Positions 48,361-59,496 are shown, counted from the whole stretch's first letter. The stretch: DNA of 63,790 bases, filler included, from Limisphaerales bacterium (GCA_044225505.1; 8 parts of 8 records of this genome joined end to end with filler, not necessarily neighbours in it), one strand, 5' to 3'. The notes: a model not told the origin generated them from the letters alone. Numbers and translations: made by a program.

Positions 48361-48478
48361 TCGCTTCGTCCTTCGCTCGTCACCCACAGGTAACCCACTT
48401 CGAGTGGGTCACCTGTGGGTGACCTACGGCAGAAGAGCGAAGGGAGGAGCGATGACCCCCAAGGGTTGAGGGGGTCGT
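48361..48478. repeat. Long nested inverted repeat plus a second hairpin
   Basis: Core GTCACCCACAGGTAACCCACT-TCG-AGTGGGTCACCTGTGGGTGAC; outer arms 48361-48378/48435-48452; GACCCCC/GGGGGTC at 48454-48476. Confidence 0.85.
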
Positions 48479-48977
48479 AACTTGTTGTATTCCTGACGCA
48501 ATCCGGTGCCTGTAGTCTCTCCCTCAATCGCTAAAACGGTGCCGGATCCACAGGCGTCTTGGCAATCGAACCTTCGGAGATGGGTCTGGGGCGCCGAGGA
48601 CCCGTTAACGAATTGACGACAAGATGTGCGACAAATCCAGGCATCGTCGATGTTCTTGGGAACGGCCCGGCGCCAATTTGTGGGTGCGCTGTAGCCACAC
48701 AGGTACTAGCGTTTCCAGAACGCGCTCTGTCGTTGCGACGGAGGTGCCCGTCCGCAAATTGCGGACACTCGGTGGGAGCGATCCGAGGAAGATTCGGTGA
48801 CAATTGTCACCACCAACGCGTAAACCCTTGCGTCAGAGACGTGAACCGCGTAGCGAACGTCTTTGGCCCCTCGGTTTGAGAGCGAATTGCTCTCACTTGG
48901 CCCCAGCCATGGGTGGTCGAAGGCGCCGCCGTGGAAAACCGTTGGACAGAGCGCCTGATTAAAGCGACGTTAAGGCT

Positions 48978-49685
48978 TTGTCGGATCAGTCTTGTTCGTC
49001 CATGGAGCGTCGTCAATCCAGTGGTCAAATCCCCGGAACACGAGATGTCACTTTGCTCGATTTCCTGGCCCGTCGCTTTATCTCGCCTATACTTCGAACT
49101 CGTTGGCTTCGAAGCCCGTGCGTTCAGGTGGCAGATTATATCCTCGCGGCGCAGCAACTGTTTGAGATCGGAGCTGTCCTTGGTCGGAAGTTCCACCCGA
49201 GTCTTCCCTTGATCGCCAGCCTGTTCACGGAGCCGGGCCAGGAAGAAGCCGCTGCCGAACAGCTTCGAGATGCCGGAACCCTCTTGTTAACTTCTGGTTC
49301 AGCTCAGCCGCAGGATTTTCTCGATCTATGCTTCAAGCCCGAGACTGAGCGGCTCTGTCAGGTATTGGGTTACGGCGTGAACCGAGGGATCCGAAAGATC
49401 CGAAAGCGCAAGCTGACTGAAGACGACGCTCTCCAGGGATTCCGAAATGCTTTTCGTAAGGGGTTGGGGTTCGGAGCCTGTGCGCCAGCGTTAACTCATC
49501 AACTTTTGAACCAATCATCCACTCCGAAAAACTGGGACAAATTCCGGGCGGGTTCTGACTACCTCCCTTCGAGGCCGCCGCCTCCAAAATCGCTCGCGGA
49601 GCAGGAAGCTGAGGCAACCGCGCTCCTCAAGGAATTGTGGAGCCGTCCCGTCCTGATCTCCTCTTTCGCTTGGGTCTGCCAATAG
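48978..49685 (+). CDS. Hypothetical protein
   Basis: 235-codon ORF with helical protein-like composition and no recognised motif; start uncertain. Confidence 0.5.
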   Translation: MSDQSCSSMERRQSSGQIPGTRDVTLLDFLARRFISPILRTRWLRSPCVQVADYILAAQQLFEIGAVLGRKFHPSLPLIASLFTEPGQEEAAAEQLRDAGTLLLTSGSAQPQDFLDLCFKPETERLCQVLGYGVNRGIRKIRKRKLTEDDALQGFRNAFRKGLGFGACAPALTHQLLNQSSTPKNWDKFRAGSDYLPSRPPPPKSLAEQEAEATALLKELWSRPVLISSFAWVCQ

Positions 49686-49929
49686 GAAGAGTTCGCCAAA
49701 TGACTTTCAACAGCGGTTCCGCTTACTGAAGTCCATTTGGGGCCACCCCACGTAAGGTCGCCGAGTGTTCCGTGCTGCGAGTCCCGCGCAGTCGCAGTCG
49801 CGTGGTCACCCTGTGGCGATGGCTCGGGCGGTGAAGCTCAGCAAAGTGGAATCCATGCTTGGACGTTGGCTCCTTCTCTTCTAGCCTCTCGGACGTGAGT
49901 TGTTTATCCTTCAACGTCGTTCAAAAGCC

Positions 49930-50805
49930 ATGAAACCACTATTTGCTCTCTCCTGGGTTACGCTGGCGCTTTGCGCTTCGCTTCACACGGTCGCCGCGGA
50001 CAAAAAGATCGTTTTCATCGCGGGCACTCCCAGTCATGCGCCCGGAGATCACGAACATCGCGCGGGCTGCCTACTGCTAGCGCGCTGTCTAAGCAATGTT
50101 CCGGGCGTCACGTCGATGGTCTACTCAAACGGGTGGCCGAGTGACGCGAGCGCGTTTGATGGAGCGAGCGCTGTGGTGATCTATGCGGACGGAGGGACAG
50201 GACACCCGGCAATCCGACCCGAGCGCCTCAAAATCCTAGGCGACCTGGTTCAAAAAGGGGTGGGCCTTGGATGTTTACACTACGCCGTGGAAGTTCCCAA
50301 AGACAAGGGTGGCCCGGAATTCCTAAATTGGATTGGAGGGTACTTCGAAATGTTTTGGTCGGTGAATCCGACGTGGCAGGCCAGTTTCGACCGCCTTCCG
50401 GAGCACGCCGTGACTCGTGGCGTCGCACCGTTCACCATTCACGACGAGTGGTACTACCATATGCGTTTCCCAGAAGGGATGAAGAACGTTACGCCCATCC
50501 TGACGACGATCCCCCCAGAAAGCACCCGCGGTAAACCAGGCGCCAACGAAGCCCATGGTGGCAACCCGGAAGTGCAGAGCCATAAAGGCGAGCCGGAGCA
50601 CATGATGTGGGTCATCGAGCGGCCGGACGGTGGCCGCGGGTTCGGGTTCACAGGAGCGCATTACCACAAGAATTGGGGGAACGACCAATTCCGCAAAGTG
50701 GTCCTCAACTCCATTCTTTGGATTGCGAAGATGGATGTTCCTAACCGCGGAGTTGAATCCACTGTCACTCCCGAAGACTTAAAACAAAATCTCGACCGCA
50801 AGTAG
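49930..50805 (+). CDS. ThuA-like (class I glutamine amidotransferase fold) secreted protein
   Basis: Signal peptide; KIVFIAGTPSH..GDHEH, LHYAVE, DEWYY, GRGFGFTGAHYH. Confidence 0.85.
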   Translation: MKPLFALSWVTLALCASLHTVAADKKIVFIAGTPSHAPGDHEHRAGCLLLARCLSNVPGVTSMVYSNGWPSDASAFDGASAVVIYADGGTGHPAIRPERLKILGDLVQKGVGLGCLHYAVEVPKDKGGPEFLNWIGGYFEMFWSVNPTWQASFDRLPEHAVTRGVAPFTIHDEWYYHMRFPEGMKNVTPILTTIPPESTRGKPGANEAHGGNPEVQSHKGEPEHMMWVIERPDGGRGFGFTGAHYHKNWGNDQFRKVVLNSILWIAKMDVPNRGVESTVTPEDLKQNLDRK

Positions 50806-50928
50806 GGCAGGTTCTACTCTACCTCAAAGTTCCCGAAGGCACGGCCTGACCGCGATCAGACTGTCGTAAAGTTTTTGTCTGCCCATGACCGAACGGGAGC
50901 AGTAACCAAGCTACCAATCCCGTTCAGC

Positions 50929-52805
50929 ATGAGAGTCCTTTCGCCAGTCCAGCTCGCTTTCCTAGTCACCACCACCACGTTTCTCACCACCGCGCGCGCC
51001 GCTGAGAACCCGGAAGGGGTCGGCCCTCAAGCAGCCCGCAAACAGATGGCGAAGCTGCACGCCGCGGAGGGTTTGGAAATCTCGTTGTTCGCCTCAGAAC
51101 CGATGGTCCGCAATCCCGCAAACCTGGATATCGATGCGCGAGGTCGCGTCTGGGTCACTGAAGGGGTCAATTATCGCACGTGGCAAAAGTGGGGGAAGCT
51201 TCGCCCGAACGGTGATCGGATCGTGATTTTAGAGGACACCGATGGGGACGGCGCCGCGGACAAAGAGACGACGTTTTATCAAGGCAACGACATCAATACG
51301 GCCCTCGGGATTTGCGTGTTGGGCAATCGCGTGATCGTTTCGTGTGCCCCAAATGTTTTTGTGTTCACGGACGCCGACGGAGATGACAAAGCTGACAAGA
51401 AAGAGGTGCTCTTCACTGGCATCAAAGGCGTTGATCACGATCACGGAGTGCATGCCGTGACGTTCGGTCCCGATGGGAAGCTCTACTTCAACATGGGCAA
51501 CGAAGGTATGGAGATCCACCGTCCGGACGGTTCGCCTGTCCGGGACAAAGAGGGCCGAGTGGTGAACGCGCTCGGAAAACCGTTCCGCCAAGGGATGGCC
51601 TTTCGCTGCAATTTGGACGGAAGTGATTTGGAAGTCCTTGCCTACAATTTCCGAAACCCCTACGAATTGGCGGTCGACTCGTTTGGCTCACTTTGGCAGT
51701 CGGACAATGATGACGATGGCAACCAAGGCGTCCGCATCAATCACGTCTTTCCTCACGGCAATTTCGGGTATACCGACGAAGTGACAGGGGCTAGCTGGGG
51801 CACCGCCTGGAAAAGGGCGATCGACCAGGGAATGCCTGAAACGGAGAAGGTCTGCTACGAGTGGCATCAGCACGACCCGGGCGTTGTTCCGAATGTGTTG
51901 CACACAGGGGCAGGTTCGCCCACGGGCCTGTGCGTCTACGAAGGACAGCTCCTCCCCGCAGTGTTCCACAATCAATTAATTCACTGCGACGCCGGCCCGC
52001 GCGTCGTACGAGCGTATCGAATTGAGCCGGATGGGGCAGGCTATCGCGCCACGATCACCAATATCGTGAGTAGCACCGATGCTTGGTTTCGTCCTTCCGA
52101 TGTTTGTGTCGCACCAGATGGATCGCTTTACGTCGCGGATTGGAACGATGCCGGTGTCGGCGGGCACTACATGGCCGATCAAAGTCTGGCAACGATGACT
52201 GGGCGCATTTATCGCGTCGCACCAAAAGGTAACAAAGCGAGCATCCCCCGCTTCGATCTCGGGACGGCGAACGGTTGCGCGGATGCGCTGCAATCGCCCA
52301 ATCTAGCCACGCGGTCTCTTGCCTGGACCAAGCTGCACGATCTGAAAGGCGCCGCGGAGATGGCGTTAGCCAAAAGCTGGCACAGCACCGATCCCCGCCA
52401 GCGCGCGCGTGCGCTTCAACTGCTCGCTCGCCTGCCAGAGACGGGTGGGAAGTATTTGGATGAAGCCGTTGCCGATGCCGATGCCGACATCCGCATCGCC
52501 GGACTACGCATTTCGGCCGCGACTGATCTCCATGTCGACACCAGCCTAAAGCGGCTTGTCCAGGACCCCTCGGCGGCAGTTCGCCGCGAATGCGCCATTG
52601 CTTTGCACCACCGCCATAGCCAGGACGCTCCGCAACTCTGGTCCACACTCGCTCAGCGCTACGACGGGCGAGATCGTTGGTATCTTGAAGCTCTTGGGAT
52701 TGGTGCGGACGGCCAGTGGGACGCTTTTTTGACGGCGTGGCTCCGCGAGGTGGGCGAGAATTGGAAAAGCGGGCCGGGCCAAGGCATCGTTTGGCGATCC
52801 CGCGC
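50929..52805 (+). CDS. PVC-type membrane-bound dehydrogenase / heme-binding family protein: beta-propeller plus HEAT repeats (3'-truncated)
   Basis: LFASEPMVRNP, DRIVILEDTDGDG, NFRNPYE, SDNDDDG, WFRPSDVCVAPDGSLYVADW, then HEAT-like repeats. The CxxCH part is not within the contig. Confidence 0.85.
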
Positions 52806-52905
52806 NNNNNNNNNNNNNNNNNNNNNNNNNNNNNNNNNNNNNNNNNNNNTTAATTAATTAANNNNNNNNNNNNNNNNNNNNNNNNNNNNNNNNNNNNNNN
52901 NNNNN
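52806..52905. other. Artificial contig linker
   Basis: N44-TTAATTAATTAA-N44. Confidence 0.99.
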
Positions 52906-53100
52906 GGCCGCCATCCCACCGACATTAACCTTGGCGGTACCGGTTTGTAGCGGCTAGACCACCTCTGGTCCCCGAAACACCGTTCTCGTCTCAGAAGACC
53001 AGCAGCAGCAGGCTTTTCAATTGCACGGAAAAGCCAAATGGGAGGGTGCGTACCAATCCAAGTCTGCTTCTGAGTCGTCTATTCTCACCTTTTAAAACGG

Positions 53101-55410
53101 ATGAAGTTGAAACAACTGAACTCAAAAAACTGGCGCATATCGGATGGGCTCATGCGCGCTCCAGGAGATCTTTCGTGTACGCCAGACGCTCGGTCGCGAC
53201 TGATCGTAATTTCAAACCGGCTGCCGTTCACGGCTTCCATAAAGGAAGGACAACCTTGCTTCACTGCGAGCGCAGGGGGGTTGGCGAGTGGATTATGGAA
53301 CTACTTGGAAAGGTTGAGCACCGAACATCAACAGGAGGCAGATTTCCTTTGGTTGGGATGGCCTGGTTCGACCATCGATTCGGTGCACCAAGCCGCCGTT
53401 CAGGAGCATGGGCAGAAGGCGTATCGGGCATCCTCAGTCTTCCTCCCAGAAGAGAGCATGGATCGGTTCTATCTCGGGTTCTGCAATCGCACCATATGGC
53501 CTCTGTTTCACTATTTTCCGTCGCTCGCCCGCTATGAGCAAACGTATTGGAACGAATATAAACGAGTAAATCAGCGCTTCTTCGAATCCCTGCTGGAGAT
53601 CCTACGGCCGGACGACACGGTTTGGGTGCACGACTACCAGCTCATGCTTCTGCCGGCGTTGATACGGGAACGATTCCCCAACATGCCAATAGGCTACTTT
53701 TTGCACATTCCATTCCCCTCGTTCGAGCTATTCCGGCTGTTGCCGAACGCATGGCGCACCGAACTGATTGAGGGAATGCTGGGAGCAAGTCTAATTGGGT
53801 TCCACACGCACGATTACACGCGACACTTTCTCGGATGCGTTTTGAGGACCAGTGGGATCGACCATCAACTAGGCAGCCTGACTGTACGCGATCGAATAAT
53901 CAAAGTGGATACGTTTCCAATGGGCGTCGATTTCCAGAAGTTCGACGCAGCTGCGCGCTCGAAGGTAACCGCCGATCACGTCGAACAACTCCGCGACCGG
54001 TGCGCAGGTCAAAAGGTGATCTTCTCTGTGGATCGTCTTGACTACACCAAAGGGCTCCTCAATCGGTTGCGCGGTTATGATCTATTTCTCAGGCGCAATC
54101 CCCAATGGCACGGCAAGGTGACTTTTATTCTCTCGGTCGCCCCCTCCCGGACCGGAGTTGAGAGCTACCGAACGATGAGAAAAGAGATCGAGCAGACGGT
54201 GGGGCGTATTGCTGGTGCATACGGAAATGTGCATTGGTCGCCTCTGACTTACCAGTATCGCAATCTGTCGTTTGACGAAATTGTGGCCATGTATCGCCTT
54301 TGCGATGTGGCACTCATCACTCCGCTGAGAGATGGAATGAACCTGGTTGCCAAGGAATTTGTGGCGTCGCGCCCGGATCAAACCGGCGTTCTGATCCTGA
54401 GTGAGATGGCCGGAGCAGCAAAAGAAATGGGGGAAGCCATTCTCGTCAGCCCCTTTCATGACGATGAGATTGCCGATGCCATCGAGCAGGCGCTCAACGT
54501 CTCAGCACAGGAGCAGGTCCGACGCAACCTGCTCCTGCAGGACCGCCTGCGTCGCTATGATAGCAATCGGTGGGCGAATGACTTTCTTCATTCCCTGGCG
54601 TCCACCCGAACGAACGAAGAGGCCCAAAGGGCGTTGTCGCTCACCAGCACGAGGCAGGCGACCCTTGTCCGGGAGTACCAGAGCGCGAAGCGCCGAACCC
54701 TCTTCCTGGACTACGACGGCAGTTTGGTCCCATTCGCAACTGATCCGAAGGTGGCTCAGCCAGATCCGGAAGTTCTTGAGTTGCTTCGGATCCTAGGGAG
54801 CGACCCCGCCACATCGGTCGTGATCGTGAGCGGCCGACCGCGCGTTGATCTGGAGAATTGGCTCGGGCAGCTGCCAATCGGGTTGATTGCGGAGCATGGA
54901 GTGTGGCTTCGCCCGAGGGGTGGGGCATGGCAAATGCCCACAGCGGTGACGGCTGGCTGGAAGACTCATGTACGCCCCATCCTTCGGCTCTACGTCGATC
55001 GTCTTCCTGGTGCGCTACTCGAAGAAAAGGAATTCTCTCTGGCTTGGCACTACCGGCGGGCAGACGCCGAGCAGGCGTCTCGGCGTGCCAGGGAGCTTCT
55101 GGATGACCTCGCCGACTACACCCGGAACATTGACGTGCAAGTGTTAGAGGGCAACAAAGTCATTGAGGTCCGCAATACGGTAGTCACCAAAGGAACCGCC
55201 GCAATCGGATGGCTAAATGGGGACCCTGCAGGATTTGTCCTGGCGACTGGCGACGACTGGACCGATGAAGACCTGTTTCGTGCGTTGCCTCCTGGGGCCT
55301 TCTCGATCCGCGTCGGGTTGGCCAACACCGCAGCGCGGTTCCACGTAGGATCCTTGCGGAGCATCCGACGACTTTTGCGAGAACTCTGTGACGCACGGAT
55401 TGCGACATGA
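53101..55410 (+). CDS. Bifunctional trehalose-6-phosphate synthase/phosphatase (OtsA-OtsB fusion)
   Basis: [41 protein letters not shown] domain [20 protein letters not shown]. Start could be 53152. Confidence 0.95.
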   Translation: MKLKQLNSKNWRISDGLMRAPGDLSCTPDARSRLIVISNRLPFTASIKEGQPCFTASAGGLASGLWNYLERLSTEHQQEADFLWLGWPGSTIDSVHQAAVQEHGQKAYRASSVFLPEESMDRFYLGFCNRTIWPLFHYFPSLARYEQTYWNEYKRVNQRFFESLLEILRPDDTVWVHDYQLMLLPALIRERFPNMPIGYFLHIPFPSFELFRLLPNAWRTELIEGMLGASLIGFHTHDYTRHFLGCVLRTSGIDHQLGSLTVRDRIIKVDTFPMGVDFQKFDAAARSKVTADHVEQLRDRCAGQKVIFSVDRLDYTKGLLNRLRGYDLFLRRNPQWHGKVTFILSVAPSRTGVESYRTMRKEIEQTVGRIAGAYGNVHWSPLTYQYRNLSFDEIVAMYRLCDVALITPLRDGMNLVAKEFVASRPDQTGVLILSEMAGAAKEMGEAILVSPFHDDEIADAIEQALNVSAQEQVRRNLLLQDRLRRYDSNRWANDFLHSLASTRTNEEAQRALSLTSTRQATLVREYQSAKRRTLFLDYDGSLVPFATDPKVAQPDPEVLELLRILGSDPATSVVIVSGRPRVDLENWLGQLPIGLIAEHGVWLRPRGGAWQMPTAVTAGWKTHVRPILRLYVDRLPGALLEEKEFSLAWHYRRADAEQASRRARELLDDLADYTRNIDVQVLEGNKVIEVRNTVVTKGTAAIGWLNGDPAGFVLATGDDWTDEDLFRALPPGAFSIRVGLANTAARFHVGSLRSIRRLLRELCDARIAT

Positions 55411-55730
55411 ATCAATTGCACACAAACCGGAACACCGTGCATGTGGAGGCGTTTACCCGTGACGGCCGGCGAGTCTCGGAAGAAACGATGAAGCTTGAGG
55501 CCTTCTACGAAAGGTCGTACGCGCTTCTCGACGATGCGGACTTCAGGAAGACCGCGGAAATCGTTCGCGTGACGGCGGTTTTCTGTAATGCCAGTGGGGA
55601 AGTCTCCGATGCGTTCGAGGTCCATTTCGACGATTCCGGGTTGCCCGTCGGCGAAAGGCGCTCGATCTGCGAGAGGGGCTCCACTCAGGGCGTATTGAAC
55701 ACGAAGACCAAAGCTGGGGGGCAGAAATGA
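55407..55730 (+). CDS. Small hypothetical protein
   Basis: ATGA overlaps with both neighbours; protein-like composition. Confidence 0.65.
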   Translation: MNQLHTNRNTVHVEAFTRDGRRVSEETMKLEAFYERSYALLDDADFRKTAEIVRVTAVFCNASGEVSDAFEVHFDDSGLPVGERRSICERGSTQGVLNTKTKAGGQK

Positions 55731-57253
55731 GCATCACTCATCGAACGATGAACAAGACCAACGTATTACGAAGCGGTCGCGGTGGACAAGCCCATGAGCC
55801 ACTGGATGCGGAAAAGCGTAACGGAACAACGAGAAGTAGAGAGCATCCAGCCGGGCCATCAGCGTCGCTCGATGTCAGAAGTCAGCTCGCCGCCATTGTC
55901 GAATCATCCAGCGACGCCATATTCAGTCGAACGTTCGACGGCGTTATTACAACCTGGAACGGCGCCGCGCAACGAATGTTCGGCTATACGTCAAGAGAAA
56001 TCATCGGCGCCTCCAGTCGCATGTTGTTTCCGCCCGGACGTCACGAGGAATTCAGCGACTTGGCGGAGCGAATCCGCGCCGGCAGTGCGGTTCAGCATTT
56101 CGAGACAGACAGGATTCGGAAGAACGGCAGCTCAATTCGAGTATCTCTGGCGCTGTCTCCGATCAGGGATACGGTTGGAAAGCTCGTTGGGATTTCCACC
56201 ATCGCCCGGGATATTTCGGAGCAGGAGCGTATGAGAGAGGCGCTTGTTGAGCGAGAGCGTGAGTTGGCGGACTTGTTTGAAGAAGCGTCGGTTGGCTTGA
56301 TCTGGGTTTCACCGCAAGGTGTCGTGTTGCGCGCCAATCGTGCGTTTCTCCGATTGCTGAAATGCAAACTGAAGCAGTGCATCGGTCGGCCACTCAGACA
56401 TTTTCAGCCTGATGAAACTTGCGTCGAGGATCTTTTAGTGCAGCTGGCAAACCGGGGGACCATTCGCAATTTCCCGGCGGAGTTTTTGGCTGCTACCGGC
56501 GAAGCTCGGCCGGTCTTAATCGACGCAAACGCATTTTGGAGGGATGGGCGCCTGGTGCATTCCCGTTGGTTTGTTCGGGACATTTCTCAGCGCAAGAGAC
56601 TGGAGCGAGAGTTGCTGGAGTTGAGCGACCGTGAGCGGCGGACGTTCGCCCAGGAACTGCATGATGGCCTAGGGCAGCAATTGGGGGGCGTCGCCTATCT
56701 GGCCAACGTGCTTCATGAAAGGTTGATGGAGGGCGGCGCATCTTCACAAGCGGACGAAGCAGCCCGAATTTGCAGTTTGGTCCGGGACGCGGTTGAGCAA
56801 ACCCGTCGGCTGGCCCGAGGGCTGTCACCGATTCGAGAAGAACCCGAAGGGTTGAGCCACGCTCTCGAGGAACTCGCGATGCAAACGCGCGAGGTATTCA
56901 AAGTAACCTGTCAGTTTCATTGTCGGAAGCCAGTCCAGGTGGTGGAGACGGCCATAGCCGGCCACTTATATCGAATTGCCCAGGAAGCCGTAAATAACGC
57001 GTTGAAACACTCCGGCGCGCACAAAATTGGGATTCGCCTTAGCCGTCGGGCGCGACAGTTGGTACTGACCATTCGGGACGATGGCAAGGGCATCGGAGTG
57101 CTGTCACCGCTCCGCCGCGGGCTCGGATTGAGAATCATGCAGTATCGCAGTGAACTGATGCGGGGTCGGCTGAGAATTGGGCCGAGACGAGATGGAACGG
57201 GTACCGAAGTCAGCTGCATTGCTCCCTGCCCAGCAAGGATTAATTCAAAATGA
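55727..57253 (+). CDS. Cytoplasmic two-PAS histidine kinase (HisKA_3/NarX type)
   Basis: AIVESSSDAI PAS, second PAS, AQELHDGLGQQL, RIAQEAVNNALKHS, DDGKG, GLGL; no TM segment. Confidence 0.92.
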   Translation: MSITHRTMNKTNVLRSGRGGQAHEPLDAEKRNGTTRSREHPAGPSASLDVRSQLAAIVESSSDAIFSRTFDGVITTWNGAAQRMFGYTSREIIGASSRMLFPPGRHEEFSDLAERIRAGSAVQHFETDRIRKNGSSIRVSLALSPIRDTVGKLVGISTIARDISEQERMREALVERERELADLFEEASVGLIWVSPQGVVLRANRAFLRLLKCKLKQCIGRPLRHFQPDETCVEDLLVQLANRGTIRNFPAEFLAATGEARPVLIDANAFWRDGRLVHSRWFVRDISQRKRLERELLELSDRERRTFAQELHDGLGQQLGGVAYLANVLHERLMEGGASSQADEAARICSLVRDAVEQTRRLARGLSPIREEPEGLSHALEELAMQTREVFKVTCQFHCRKPVQVVETAIAGHLYRIAQEAVNNALKHSGAHKIGIRLSRRARQLVLTIRDDGKGIGVLSPLRRGLGLRIMQYRSELMRGRLRIGPRRDGTGTEVSCIAPCPARINSK

Positions 57254-57957
57254 TCTACAACAACGGCCTTATGAACAGCACCATGGATAAATCAACGGAG
57301 ATCCGGCGAAGAATCCTCGTAGTGGATGACCACACGGTCCTGCGAGAAGGCTTGGTCGCTCAAATTAATCACCAACCCGACCTCGTTGTCTGCGGTGAGG
57401 CCGCAGATGCGCCGCACGCACTTGCGGCCGTCGAGAGACTAAGACCGGACCTAGTTCTCGCGGATATCAATTTGCCAGGCCGGAATGGTCTCGAACTCAT
57501 TCGTGATCTTCGCTCCTTGTTCCCGCGCCTGCCTGTCCTCGTTCTTTCCATGCATGAAGAGTCGGTTTTCGCAGAGCGGGTGCTCCGGGCCGGCGGCCGA
57601 GGCTACGTTTCCAAGCAGTCGGGTGGCAAGCAACTCGTCGAAGCGATTCACTGCGTGTTGCGAGGTCAGATCTATTTAAGCCCCGATGCCTCGACCCGAT
57701 TACTGGATAGCCTCTCTGGTCCGAGGTCGGCCAAAACCGTTTCTCCAATCGAACAGCTTACCGACCGGGAGCTGGAAGTGTTCACGCTGATCGGGCAGGC
57801 CAAGGAAACCGGGGACCTAGCGCGAGCCTTGAACATGAGCGTCAAGACCGTGGAGGCTCATCGGGCGAGCATCAAACGAAAACTCAAGCTTAAAACGGGC
57901 CCAGAACTTACGCGCCACGCGGTGCTTTGGGTTGAGGCCTTTGGGTGCGAGAAGTAG
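57250..57957 (+). CDS. NarL/LuxR-family response regulator
   Basis: ILVVDDH, DINLPG, LSMH, LTDRELEVF, SVKTVEAHRASIKRKL. Confidence 0.93.
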   Translation: MIYNNGLMNSTMDKSTEIRRRILVVDDHTVLREGLVAQINHQPDLVVCGEAADAPHALAAVERLRPDLVLADINLPGRNGLELIRDLRSLFPRLPVLVLSMHEESVFAERVLRAGGRGYVSKQSGGKQLVEAIHCVLRGQIYLSPDASTRLLDSLSGPRSAKTVSPIEQLTDRELEVFTLIGQAKETGDLARALNMSVKTVEAHRASIKRKLKLKTGPELTRHAVLWVEAFGCEK

Positions 57958-58178
57958 CTGGCTCTCGGTCGATGATTCCAGACAGTCTGCCTCACCCGAT
58001 CCCCGGACAATGCCTTTGGCCGGAGATTTGCCATTTCGGCATCTCGGCGGATCTCAGGCATCCGCTGAGGCAGAGCAAGATATTCAGCCTAATCCATGGG
58101 CGGGAGGTATCCAATAGAGCCGGGGCTCAATCGCGACTAGAATTACCTAAAGAGCGAATCCGAGCAGAATGAAACGGA

Positions 58179-58286
58179 ATGCGAAACAGAACTCACAGTC
58201 TAGACCATGGTCTTACCGTGGTCGAGTTGCTCGTCCTGATTGCGATCGTGGCGGTCGCAATGTCCAAAGCAATTCCCGTGTATTGA
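58179..58286 (+). pseudogene. Prepilin-type N-terminal methylation-motif remnant
   Basis: MRNRTHSLDHG-LTVVELLVLIAIVAVAMSKAIPVY then stop: a G-[FL]-T-x-x-E-L-L-V motif with a stop after 35 codons. Confidence 0.6.
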
Positions 58287-58430
58287 CATTTGGCGACAGG
58301 CGACACGAACCGGCAAGATCGAGAATGCAGGTGCTCAAAGCCAGAACAAGTCGGTCTGAACTGGTTCTGAGAGTGAAAACGTGGTCGTTCGCAAGATGGG
58401 ACACACCCTTGCTCCGCTCTGACCAAGCCG

Positions 58431-58610
58431 ATGAAACGCTCAGTTCCATATCAGCCCGAGCCGATCACGCCCGGTTTGACCAAGCGAATGATTCGCAGAC
58501 ATGCCCGTCAACTCTTCCGCGACGTGTGCGGCAATAGAAGCCTCACAAAGAAGGAATGGTTGCTGGTTGAACAGGATCTGGCACGCCTTCTCGAGACTGA
58601 GGCCGCCTAA
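58431..58610 (+). CDS. 59-aa small protein missed by the ORF track (DUF2934-like pattern)
   Basis: MKRSVPYQPEPITPGLTKRMIRRHARQLFRDVCGNRSLTKKEWLLVEQDLARLLETEAA; IR..A..L...W...E..L pattern. Confidence 0.6.
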   Translation: MKRSVPYQPEPITPGLTKRMIRRHARQLFRDVCGNRSLTKKEWLLVEQDLARLLETEAA

Positions 58611-58909
58611 ATTCATAAGGAGCGCCTCCTTTGTGACGTGTGGCGACAGGAATCTCCGAACGCATCCTCCGATACGAGTCGTTGGGCGTGCGTCCGGGCG
58701 TGGGGCGTCTGTCCTCAGTGGCAACCGTGAACAGAAGCGCCAGAATGCCAAATAGCTGCGAATCGATGGGCACGAAGTGCATCATGACTTCTCGGCAGGA
58801 CCAGCGCCGGTCAAAGGCTCAAAGTGACAGTGTGTAACGATAACGTCCCATTCCCCTTGAAGCATCGTGGAATAAGAGAAGCACAACAATGAACGAAAGG
58901 CGATTCACC

Positions 58910-59320
58910 ATGCGTACGATTTACATGACGACAGAAAATCATCGACGTCTGCACAGCCTTTTGGCTGCTGCTTCCCGAGACGGCCGGAATCGGGATGTCG
59001 CACGGGACCTGGAGAGCGAATTGAATCGCGCGCGCGTCGTGCCCAACGACGAACTCCCCAATGACGTGGTCACGATGCACTCCAAGGTGCGGATTCTGGA
59101 CATGGACGGCAGAGAAGAAATGATGTTCACCCTGGTATTCCCAGGTGAGGCAAAGGTCGAAGAAGGCAAAGTATCAGTTCTGGCGCCGCTTGCGACGGCA
59201 ATTCTCGGTTACCGTGCCGGCGATACCCTTACCTGGAAGATGCCCGACGGCGACCGACGGATAAAGGTATTGGAAATCCTTTATCAACCAGAAGCTCAGC
59301 GAAGCGCGAACGGATCCTGA
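58910..59320 (+). CDS. rnk: Regulator of nucleoside diphosphate kinase (GreA/B-like)
   Basis: LESELNRARVV, DVVTMHSKV, TLVFP, VSVLAPLATAILGYRAGD, ILYQPEA. Confidence 0.9.
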   Translation: MRTIYMTTENHRRLHSLLAAASRDGRNRDVARDLESELNRARVVPNDELPNDVVTMHSKVRILDMDGREEMMFTLVFPGEAKVEEGKVSVLAPLATAILGYRAGDTLTWKMPDGDRRIKVLEILYQPEAQRSANGS

Positions 59321-59340
59321 TTTTCGGCTTTCTTGACGGA

Positions 59341-59496
59341 GCTGATTCCAAGAGGTCGAGCGACGAAGAGGCGATTCGGGCCATCAAAGACGGTGTGATC
59401 GTAAAGGGGAAGAGACGAATGAAAGGATATGCGGACAAACTGGATGCTGAGGTCAAGGAATTGGTTGAGTTTCTGCGCCGGTTTGAAAAGACCTAA
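59341..59496 (+). pseudogene. C-terminal remnant of a small c-type cytochrome
   Basis: SDEEAIRAIKDGV...RMKGYADKLDAEVKELVEFLRRF resembles the Met-ligand and C-terminal helix of class I cytochromes c; no CxxCH or signal peptide upstream. Confidence 0.5.

Noticed and set aside
48361..48478. Retron msr-msd, SRP or 6S RNA
   Set aside because: No reverse transcriptase on the contig, no SRP GGAA-loop motif and no clear 6S central bubble; kept only as an unexplained hairpin.
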